Source of the DNA: Escherichia phage UPEC06
Sequence record: MW250786
DNA: 64,000 nt
Strand: one strand, 5' to 3'
The translations under genes were made by a program, and so were the position numbers. Of the stretch, positions 57,220-64,000 are shown one piece after another (the stretch's first letter is position 1; the number at the start of each line of letters is the position of its first letter). The notes below the pieces were generated by a model. That model was given only the letters and a program-made list of their open reading frames with translations. It did not search any database and had not been told where the DNA came from.

Positions 57220-58395
57220 TCAAAACGGAATATCGTCGTCAAAATCCATATCATCTACAGACATATTCACATGGCCTTCGATATCAGGTGTAGGTGAATC
57301 TTCTGCTGACGGAGTTAACTGCGGTTCCGGCTCAGATTTCTTTTCTTCTTGCTTAGGGGTTGAAGCCCCGTTACGGATCTTATCTTCCAACTGACAGATA
57401 AATCGGAAATTCTCTTCTGTTTTAGCAATAAACGTTTCAATGTTATTACTTCCCCAACGGGCAGAAAGAATACCACACTGGCCTAAACGAGCACCAAAAG
57501 AATAATCATCCATAGATTTAAACTCTTCGCGAAGTTTTGCTTTAATGGAGTCCATCGCTGCAAGAACTTGCTCTACAACAATACCCTGATTTACGATCGT
57601 TTCATTCGGGAACATCGCATCTGTGATAGACAGTGCATTACCTAAACGAATAGGCAGATCGTCTTTACCTTTACCTGAACGTGATCCTGTTCCAGTACTT
57701 GCACCTTTTGGACCGTAAGCTTTAAAGCCTGTAACCGTACCATCATCTGAACGAACACCTGCAATACGACCACCTTCTGTAATCTGACCCGTCTGTTCAT
57801 CAGTGAGGTTTACAGTAACTTCTGTGCCGTCTTCCAGCTTAACAACTACCTTATTGCCTTCGATAGATGTGATATCACCATAAATCTTCTTAGCTGCACC
57901 ACCAGACGGCTTTTGCTGCTGTTGGGAACCATTTGATTGCTGCTGTTGCTGACGAGGCTCACGAGCACCGGATGCGTCAGTAATCTTGATACGTGCTTTC
58001 TTACCTTCCGTAGAAGAACCCTGACTACCATCTTGTTTGGTGTAGGTCTTGATAACAACAGGTAAGCGAATTTTCATACCTTCTTTAAGATCAGTGTAAC
58101 CACCTTCAGGATTTTTAATCTGGAACTGATTCTCATACTTCAGGTTTTTAACTTCACCTTCACCAAAAGAAATCCAAGCCTGGTCTTCACCTTCTTTCAG
58201 AAGAACTGCATAGCGGTGGGTATTGTTAATGCTTTTTTGCTGACCTGTATTCTTATCTTTAAAGGTGGTAACGCGTGGACTACCATCTTCATTAATACGT
58301 TTAATGAGGATACGTTCAATCGTACCTGCTGCAATGTTTACTGTGGTATCGGAAACAGCATCGTATACAGCATTGATAACTTTAACTTCAGACAT
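57220..58395 (-). CDS. ssb: single-stranded DNA-binding protein (SSB-like)
   Basis: C-terminus DDMDFDDDIPF matches the canonical SSB acidic tail; Gly/Gln-rich linker; 391 aa is longer than bacterial SSB. Confidence 0.6.
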   Translation of the reverse strand: MSEVKVINAVYDAVSDTTVNIAAGTIERILIKRINEDGSPRVTTFKDKNTGQQKSINNTHRYAVLLKEGEDQAWISFGEGEVKNLKYENQFQIKNPEGGYTDLKEGMKIRLPVVIKTYTKQDGSQGSSTEGKKARIKITDASGAREPRQQQQQSNGSQQQQKPSGGAAKKIYGDITSIEGNKVVVKLEDGTEVTVNLTDEQTGQITEGGRIAGVRSDDGTVTGFKAYGPKGASTGTGSRSGKGKDDLPIRLGNALSITDAMFPNETIVNQGIVVEQVLAAMDSIKAKLREEFKSMDDYSFGARLGQCGILSARWGSNNIETFIAKTEENFRFICQLEDKIRNGASTPKQEEKKSEPEPQLTPSAEDSPTPDIEGHVNMSVDDMDFDDDIPF

Positions 58396-58478
58396 TTAAA
58401 TCTCCTTTAACTATTGAACACACCACTTAAGGCCGAGAAACTATATTACAACTAACTTATTTGAATTGCAAACAACTT

Positions 58479-58859
58479 TTAGAGATAAACTCGCTTAACT
58501 TTTTCATGAACATTATCAAACAAAGTGTTGATCATCTGCAAGTCTTTAATAAGTTCTTCCGTAAATTGTTCTTCTTTGTGAGCAAACACACGAGAACGGT
58601 CAATGTTTACGGGATCTGCACTTTGGTCACCAGACAGGTCGAAAATGTCGATACCAATACGAGCACGACCTTTTTCAATCTTATTCTCATCATCAATACC
58701 ATAAACACTCATGATTTGCATTTCACGATCTTCTTCTTTGTTTGTATAGATGATCGTGGTATTCAGATTCTTAATGCCATCATAAATGTGGATATTACGT
58801 GTAGCTGAGATAGGAATCCAATCACCAACCAGATAATCTTTACCGTCGAAAATACTCAT
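58479..58859 (-). CDS. hypothetical protein
   Basis: ORF track. Confidence 0.35.
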   Translation of the reverse strand: MSIFDGKDYLVGDWIPISATRNIHIYDGIKNLNTTIIYTNKEEDREMQIMSVYGIDDENKIEKGRARIGIDIFDLSGDQSADPVNIDRSRVFAHKEEQFTEELIKDLQMINTLFDNVHEKVKRVYL

Positions 58860-58913
58860 CTTCTTTCCTCTGTTGTTTAAGTGGGGCCATTATGCCCCAA
58901 GTAGTACTTTCTG

Positions 58914-59501
58914 TCAAGGACGTTTTGGTGGACTAACGACACCTTTTTTAGATAAAGGTAATTCGTCTGCATCTTTTCCACGAAGAGATTCTAGCCACTC
59001 ATCTAAAGACAGGGGTACTTTACCATCACCTTTGGACCACACAGACAAGCAATACAGATCGTATGCAGATGGACCTCGATCACCTTTGTCACCATTCGGC
59101 CCTTTTAAGCTCTCCAACCAATCCTTTTCGTTCAGTGGGATAGCACCTGGATCTTCTTGATGAAGAACTCTTAGGTATGTTTCATAAGCAGACTCTCCAC
59201 GAGGACCCATTTGACCCTTCTCACCTTGTGGCCCTTTTGCATAATCTGCGTACTTAGATTCCAGATATGCAGACTTCACACCTTCAGGGGCAACGGAAAC
59301 CTTATACAATGACCAAGCTAACAGAGCTATCCAACAAGCAAACAGTGCAAGCGGATAAGGGATCATTGAAGTAAAGAATGACAGAGCTAAAATTACAACC
59401 TTGTTCTTGTGATTACGACGGAAAGCGATGATCACAGGGGCTAACCAGATAGCAAAGATAACCCACGCAGATAAGATAAACAACCAACTAATGTATTCCA
59501 T
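58914..59501 (-). CDS. membrane protein with collagen-like GXY / SAY...WLESLKG motifs
   Basis: Three N-terminal hydrophobic segments, then two copies of GP.GE.G...SAY...WLESL(K/R)G, the motif family seen in the 29947 fibre protein. Confidence 0.45.
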   Translation of the reverse strand: MEYISWLFILSAWVIFAIWLAPVIIAFRRNHKNKVVILALSFFTSMIPYPLALFACWIALLAWSLYKVSVAPEGVKSAYLESKYADYAKGPQGEKGQMGPRGESAYETYLRVLHQEDPGAIPLNEKDWLESLKGPNGDKGDRGPSAYDLYCLSVWSKGDGKVPLSLDEWLESLRGKDADELPLSKKGVVSPPKRP

Positions 59502-59689
59502 TAAGCCTCCTCGGTATCGTCTTTAAAGTAATCTAACATCCAACTTTCTACAGGGGTTGCATAGTAACCCGTTCGACCTTTCTTTTGAAACTCCATGATA
59601 ATTTCATTTGCAATACCTTTTGTGATTGCGATCCCGATCAGTGCACCACCAGGTCCCATTACTGCATGTGAACTAAGATCATTACTCAT
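59501..59689 (-). CDS. hypothetical protein
   Basis: ORF track; overlapping start/stop. Confidence 0.3.
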   Translation of the reverse strand: MSNDLSSHAVMGPGGALIGIAITKGIANEIIMEFQKKGRTGYYATPVESWMLDYFKDDTEEA

Positions 59690-59981
59690 TTTTAACCCCC
59701 TTCATTTTATCTCTTAAACTTTGAGCATCCCACGTATAACCTGAGGAGATACCTTTTTCACGTTCACTATCTTTGAACTTGCAAATTACAGATTTTGCTT
59801 CACCATCAACAACAACCGCATAACTGTTGTAATAATTGTGTTGCTTCTTGCAAAATTCGTGTAACTCCTTAACCTCTATTGGCATCAGAGAAGGTAGATT
59901 TTTGTATCGCTTTGTCTGATCATCTTCACCATCTCCGCAACCAACAAGAAGAAGTATACATAAAATGATTAACCTTTTCAA
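59682..59981 (-). CDS. putative lipoprotein
   Basis: Signal peptide with lipobox LVGC; TTG start with GGGGGT SD-like sequence. Confidence 0.4.
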   Translation of the reverse strand: MKRLIILCILLLVGCGDGEDDQTKRYKNLPSLMPIEVKELHEFCKKQHNYYNSYAVVVDGEAKSVICKFKDSEREKGISSGYTWDAQSLRDKMKGVKNE

Positions 59982-60129
59982 TAGCTACCCCCAAAATATT
60001 TTGTAATCTCTACTGCAAATATTGTCCCAAGTATAAACCATGTGGCACTTAGTACGTTGAAGGGTAAAAACCTTGATCCTGTAAGAGAAACCATAATGAA
60101 AAACGTTACAAAAATCTCTGGAGAAATCA

Positions 60130-60531
60130 TCATTGTTTGATAGTCCCCTTGGCGATCATCTCGTCAAGTTCATCTTCCGCACGACACATAATCTGATAGA
60201 TAGTCTCTGGATTGTTTAAGAATTCTGTGTACTTTTTGATACGACAAACTAAACGTGCACGAACTTTACGCTCACGGGCCACATGATTAAAGTAATGTCC
60301 CTTTTGTCTGTAGATCCAAGCATAATATACAGTTTTTGCTCTATTGCGATCACAACCTAAACGTTCAGCCAACAGAGTGTAAGGGTCATTATTAGTGGGA
60401 CCAAACAAAAATATTTCTGCAAAACTTTCCTTCATGATACGAGATTCTTCATCCGTGATTCGCGGACATTCTTCAGAACCGTAGCGTGGGGTTTTAGTGG
60501 CATTTGGCTTCTTAGGGTATACTTTACGCAT
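60130..60531 (-). CDS. hypothetical protein (basic; possibly nucleic-acid binding)
   Basis: Basic composition with several Cys (CPRI, CDRN, CRIK, CRAE). Confidence 0.3.
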   Translation of the reverse strand: MRKVYPKKPNATKTPRYGSEECPRITDEESRIMKESFAEIFLFGPTNNDPYTLLAERLGCDRNRAKTVYYAWIYRQKGHYFNHVARERKVRARLVCRIKKYTEFLNNPETIYQIMCRAEDELDEMIAKGTIKQ

Positions 60532-60598
60532 TTCATCACTCCTCTAATTAAAACTCTTACTCCCGATGTGAGGAGCCTTTCGGCCCCTCTCTTAAATA

Positions 60599-61207
60599 TC
60601 AATCACAACTACTTGAAGAACTACTGCTGCTACTGTCAGAAGAATAACTATCATATGATGATGAGCTATCATACGAACTTGATCGACTTGAAGAACAGTA
60701 AGAACTTGAACTACTTGTACGATCTTCACTGGAGGACATTACAGCAGCATACGTTGCCACACCACCTAAAGCTGCCACCTGAGGATCAACCTGGCTAGTT
60801 CCATATCCATTTGGAGAGTCGCTCATCTTACGTGGTGCTGCCCGACGTGCCTGATCAATATACTGTCGCTTTGCCTTCGGCGGTAATTTCTTACCTTGAG
60901 CATAGGACGGTAATTCAACGCCCTTCAGTTGTTCATTCAAAGGTTTCGGCGGTGTAGCCTGTGATTTTGGTCGTTCAACAGAGATATCAACAACCTTCAT
61001 CGTCTTATCCTTGATGTTTACCCCAACCAGTACTTCATTTTCTTTTAATGGCTTTTCAAGATCGCGTGTTTCAACTGGACCAAATTTAACGCTTGCAGTT
61101 TCCTGACGTTGTTCGGCCTGCTTTGCAATATATTTGTCGATCGCCGCAGTTTCTACTTCCAGCGGAATAAACAGTGATTTTACCCAAGCAACAAACTTCT
61201 TGATCAT
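60599..61207 (-). CDS. hypothetical protein with serine-rich low-complexity C-terminus
   Basis: C-terminal SSSEDRTSSSSSYCSSSRSSSYDSSSSYDSYSSDSSSSSSSSSCD. Confidence 0.4.
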   Translation of the reverse strand: MIKKFVAWVKSLFIPLEVETAAIDKYIAKQAEQRQETASVKFGPVETRDLEKPLKENEVLVGVNIKDKTMKVVDISVERPKSQATPPKPLNEQLKGVELPSYAQGKKLPPKAKRQYIDQARRAAPRKMSDSPNGYGTSQVDPQVAALGGVATYAAVMSSSEDRTSSSSSYCSSSRSSSYDSSSSYDSYSSDSSSSSSSSSCD

Positions 61208-61428
61208 ACTCTTTCTCCTTTTTCATCAATAACAATCAGTGGCTCAATAACTAAAAGACGTTGCTTCATAAGACTTTTTATAGTCTCATCAATGTCAGAC
61301 AGAAGAATATCTTTTTGACCTTCTATCCAATTGAGTGCTGCCTTTTCTGAAACAAATGCAATACCTTCTTGACCAATATCCCATTCACAGAATACTTTAT
61401 ACACCATCATCCTCTCCCTTGTCAACAT
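61204..61428 (-). CDS. hypothetical protein
   Basis: ORF track. Confidence 0.3.
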   Translation of the reverse strand: MLTRERMMVYKVFCEWDIGQEGIAFVSEKAALNWIEGQKDILLSDIDETIKSLMKQRLLVIEPLIVIDEKGERV

Positions 61429-61714
61429 TATTCGGATTCAGTTTCTTTTCTGCGGTCTTCAAAATAATATCCAGCTTTTCAATTTCCTTATGTAAAGGCT
61501 CAGATAATAACTTCTCACCAAAAAGCCAGAATTTCTTCATGCCTTTCTTAACGCACTTCCCCATAAAGCCCGCGAGGTCTTCTAGTCGCCAAGCGATAAA
61601 ACTAAATATTGCAGCTAAAAGGTGAATCACGGCCAGCAGTAAACGATGTGGGTTTAGTACAGCAAGGCACAGGATCATAAAGATTATTTTAGTAAATCCC
61701 CAAATAATTTTCAT
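61397..61714 (-). CDS. hypothetical membrane protein
   Basis: Two N-terminal hydrophobic segments. Confidence 0.3.
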   Translation of the reverse strand: MKIIWGFTKIIFMILCLAVLNPHRLLLAVIHLLAAIFSFIAWRLEDLAGFMGKCVKKGMKKFWLFGEKLLSEPLHKEIEKLDIILKTAEKKLNPNNVDKGEDDGV

Positions 61715-62097
61715 TCGTAATTAATCTCCACTTTAACAATTTCACCAGTTTTATCATTGAATACTTCAATGTCATAGTATTCAACAATGCCTTCATCATC
61801 AAAAGAACTTTTTTGTTTGCAAGGTGATACCCAAAAACCGTGGATTACTGCCTCCTCAAGTCCGTCGGTATGTGATACAACACTCAATGTCGGGTAAGGA
61901 ACCATAATAGGTTTTACCTCACCACAACCACACGTACAGCAAAATACTTCATCTTCTTCCAGTTGGTACAATCGCTTTTCTGGAACAAAGGTCAGATGCG
62001 CCAAAGGATATTTAGAGACGATAGCATTAATATAAGGTTTTCCTGCCAAGCTGTCAATAAATTCATTAAACTCTTTTCTATTTTTTGATAAACTCAT
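61711..62097 (-). CDS. hypothetical Cys-rich protein
   Basis: CCTCGCGE cysteine cluster. Confidence 0.3.
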   Translation of the reverse strand: MSLSKNRKEFNEFIDSLAGKPYINAIVSKYPLAHLTFVPEKRLYQLEEDEVFCCTCGCGEVKPIMVPYPTLSVVSHTDGLEEAVIHGFWVSPCKQKSSFDDEGIVEYYDIEVFNDKTGEIVKVEINYE

Positions 62098-62330
62098 CGA
62101 GTACCTCCAAAAATATTTAAAGCTTTAGAATAATCAATGTGACCTGGAACAGTGTGAGCCTCTTGTACAAGACATTCCCGACAAATACGTGACACAACTG
62201 TTGTCTTGATCTCTTCTGTATCGCAGAAGCGAGACAATACTTTTGTAACTTGATTGCATTGAGTAATGACAAAATCATGTTTACAACTTGGTTTGTTTTC
62301 TTCAGTTTCTTTCTTTTTAAAAGGCCACAT
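62094..62330 (-). CDS. hypothetical Cys-rich protein (possible zinc finger)
   Basis: CKHD...C...C...CREC pattern. Confidence 0.3.
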   Translation of the reverse strand: MWPFKKKETEENKPSCKHDFVITQCNQVTKVLSRFCDTEEIKTTVVSRICRECLVQEAHTVPGHIDYSKALNIFGGTR

Positions 62331-62338
62331 GATGACTC

Positions 62339-62521
62339 CTATTCTTCAACTATTTCATATTCATCTTTCAAGAGCATAAATTGATAGTCCTTGCCCTTAT
62401 TCGCAATAATAGTACCAGACGCGCTTTCTTTTGTCACGAAAAGAATTGAATCTTTTTGGACACCGTAATACTTAAGTTGCTCAAGCAGTTTGGTCTTCGA
62501 TTCTAAGATTTTGACTTTCAT
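62339..62521 (-). CDS. hypothetical protein
   Basis: ORF track. Confidence 0.3.
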   Translation of the reverse strand: MKVKILESKTKLLEQLKYYGVQKDSILFVTKESASGTIIANKGKDYQFMLLKDEYEIVEE

Positions 62522-62778
62522 TAGATATCAATTACTACGATTTCAAGCATTGAATTTTCAACAGCTTCCTTAAGCTCATCGTATACAATAATAGACCAAT
62601 CATTATTAAGATTACCTTTGATCAGTTTAGCCACCTGTTCTAACGAAGTCACAAAAGGTGTGTCACATTCATTATTGGAAAGACTTAACTTTGTGTGCAT
62701 AAAGCCATCATCATCGGCAGTTTGCCAAAATGAAACAAATTCACCACTGACTTTATGTTTTGCTGAGTAAAATTTCAT
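62521..62778 (-). CDS. hypothetical protein
   Basis: ORF track. Confidence 0.3.
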   Translation of the reverse strand: MKFYSAKHKVSGEFVSFWQTADDDGFMHTKLSLSNNECDTPFVTSLEQVAKLIKGNLNNDWSIIVYDELKEAVENSMLEIVVIDI

Positions 62779-62949
62779 TTAATTGACCTCTTTCTTTCCG
62801 AGATACTCTTTAAGGATTTCGAAAAGTTCTTCAGCTTGGATTTTGTCCATAATAACAGAATCTTCGGCATGGTAGATTTCGATAGTGTCGTCAAAGATTG
62901 CAACTTGTTTTTTGTCAAACTCTTCAGTTTCTTTTAAGAATTTTTTCAT
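62779..62949 (-). CDS. hypothetical small acidic protein
   Basis: Hand-translated 56-aa ORF (MKKFLKETEEFDKK...) filling the gap between neighbours; under the track length cutoff. Confidence 0.3.
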   Translation of the reverse strand: MKKFLKETEEFDKKQVAIFDDTIEIYHAEDSVIMDKIQAEELFEILKEYLGKKEVN

Positions 62950-62970
62950 TTATTTATTCCCCTTAGTAGT

Positions 62971-63237
62971 TTATAACTTTTCTTTACCTAAAGTAAGATT
63001 GATCTCGAAAGCTTTTGTTGTAGCTTTGTCGTCTTCGTTGAAGAAATTAAATTGGACATAGCTCTCAGTCGAACTAACAGCCATACCTACAGAGACAGTT
63101 CCTTCTGGTACGAGATGCTTATATTCTTCTTTTAACACAACGTCGTAAAAATACATCGTCCCACAATCAATTTCATCCCACCCATCAAAAGATTCGATGA
63201 AAGCTTTTTCAATACCAACTAAAGTCTTTTCTGACAT
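62971..63237 (-). CDS. hypothetical protein
   Basis: ORF track. Confidence 0.3.
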   Translation of the reverse strand: MSEKTLVGIEKAFIESFDGWDEIDCGTMYFYDVVLKEEYKHLVPEGTVSVGMAVSSTESYVQFNFFNEDDKATTKAFEINLTLGKEKL

Positions 63238-63260
63238 TATATTTTCCTCTTCGTTTCAAG

Positions 63261-63533
63261 TTAGATATAGTCTACACCAGCTTGTTCCAACAAGTCAAGC
63301 CTTAATTTAAGTTCTTTTTCACGATAGTCGGAAACAAGTTTATCCTTTTTCTTTTCTTCTTCTTCGAACTGGTCGAGTGGAAGAATACGAATAATGTGTT
63401 CTGCCTTCATGTAGGATGTTGATCCGATAAGCTGAACATTACCATTTGGCAGCAGTCGGCCTTTGATCACCCGATAACGAGGAAACAGATCATATTTGAC
63501 GATTGCTGTAACTGCCATATTACTCATGTGCAT
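63261..63533 (-). CDS. hypothetical protein
   Basis: ORF track. Confidence 0.3.
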   Translation of the reverse strand: MHMSNMAVTAIVKYDLFPRYRVIKGRLLPNGNVQLIGSTSYMKAEHIIRILPLDQFEEEEKKKDKLVSDYREKELKLRLDLLEQAGVDYI

Positions 63534-63897
63534 TCTCCATGTCAGAAATTCGATCTTCTACCCAACCACGACGGTAAATGTTGAGGTAAGATTTACCTTT
63601 TGAACCATGATGGGCATATTCGTCAAAATCAAAATCGAAAGGTGTCTCGGTGTTAAGACCTGCGTCAAAGAATTGATTCTTCATTTCGAATTGCACTTTC
63701 ATGTCTGGATCATTTTTACCCAGGAATGAGGACAAATTAAAACAAAGGCCAGCGCCTCGGTAAAAAGCACCATCTTTTGGTGCACCAATGTCTAACCATT
63801 TCTTATATTCCTTGTAGAAATTCAGAAGTTGCGGACTGCTTTTCATTTTGTTCTCCTCATTTGTTTTGATAGGACTACTATAACATAGTCCTATCAA
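63520..63897 (-). CDS. hypothetical protein
   Basis: ORF track; first gene of the leftward block at the right end of the window. Confidence 0.3.
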   Translation of the reverse strand: MIGLCYSSPIKTNEENKMKSSPQLLNFYKEYKKWLDIGAPKDGAFYRGAGLCFNLSSFLGKNDPDMKVQFEMKNQFFDAGLNTETPFDFDFDEYAHHGSKGKSYLNIYRRGWVEDRISDMENAHE

Positions 63898-64000
63898 CTT
63901 GTATACTATTTAATTAAAGATTTTATGAATGCTTGGTAGGACCCTTCTTTACATACCCATCTGGATAATAAAAATCATCTTATACTCCAAATGTGGATTT

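Noticed and set aside
1-64000. Prophage integration features (integrase, attachment sites, transposase, insertion sequences)
   Set aside because: No tyrosine or serine recombinase-like or transposase-like ORF and no flanking inverted repeats were seen; tRNA genes are internal to the phage gene array rather than at an insertion boundary.

Overview
This window reads as one contiguous segment of a tailed dsDNA phage genome (Caudoviricetes) with a contractile-tail gene set in a Mu/P2-like order (sheath, tube, chaperone, tape measure, baseplate V/W/J/I-like, tail fibre, fibre assembly). All calls come from reading the sequence and ORF translations by eye; no database search, HMM or tRNA-finder was run. 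Layout: (i) 1-17.8 kb, leftward early genes for nucleotide metabolism and DNA repair (ThyX-like, HAD 5'-nucleotidase, dNMP kinase, DEDDh exonuclease, endonuclease VII-like, RuvC-like, FEN/RNase H-like, HNH, NADAR, T4 gp30-like DNA ligase) plus many small unknown ORFs; (ii) about 17.83-18.2 kb, an AT-rich divergent control region with clustered GATC repeats and a 19-bp direct repeat; (iii) 18.2-22.1 kb, rightward small ORFs (including tandem acidic paralogues), a tRNA cluster with five canonical tRNAs (Met, Tyr, Pro, Gly, Gln) and three non-canonical tRNA-like elements, and a small PD-(D/E)xK nuclease among them; (iv) 22.2-57.2 kb, spanin pair, large terminase, portal, scaffold, decoration and major capsid proteins, then a terminator-bounded module of two large collagen-like fibre proteins, then neck, tail and fibre genes; (v) 57.2-63.9 kb, leftward genes including an SSB with the canonical DFDDDIPF tail, a membrane protein carrying collagen-like motifs, and a lipoprotein. 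No integrase, transposase or CRISPR array was seen. The most unusual content is the collagen-like fibre module inserted between capsid and neck genes, together with a membrane protein elsewhere that shares its motif.
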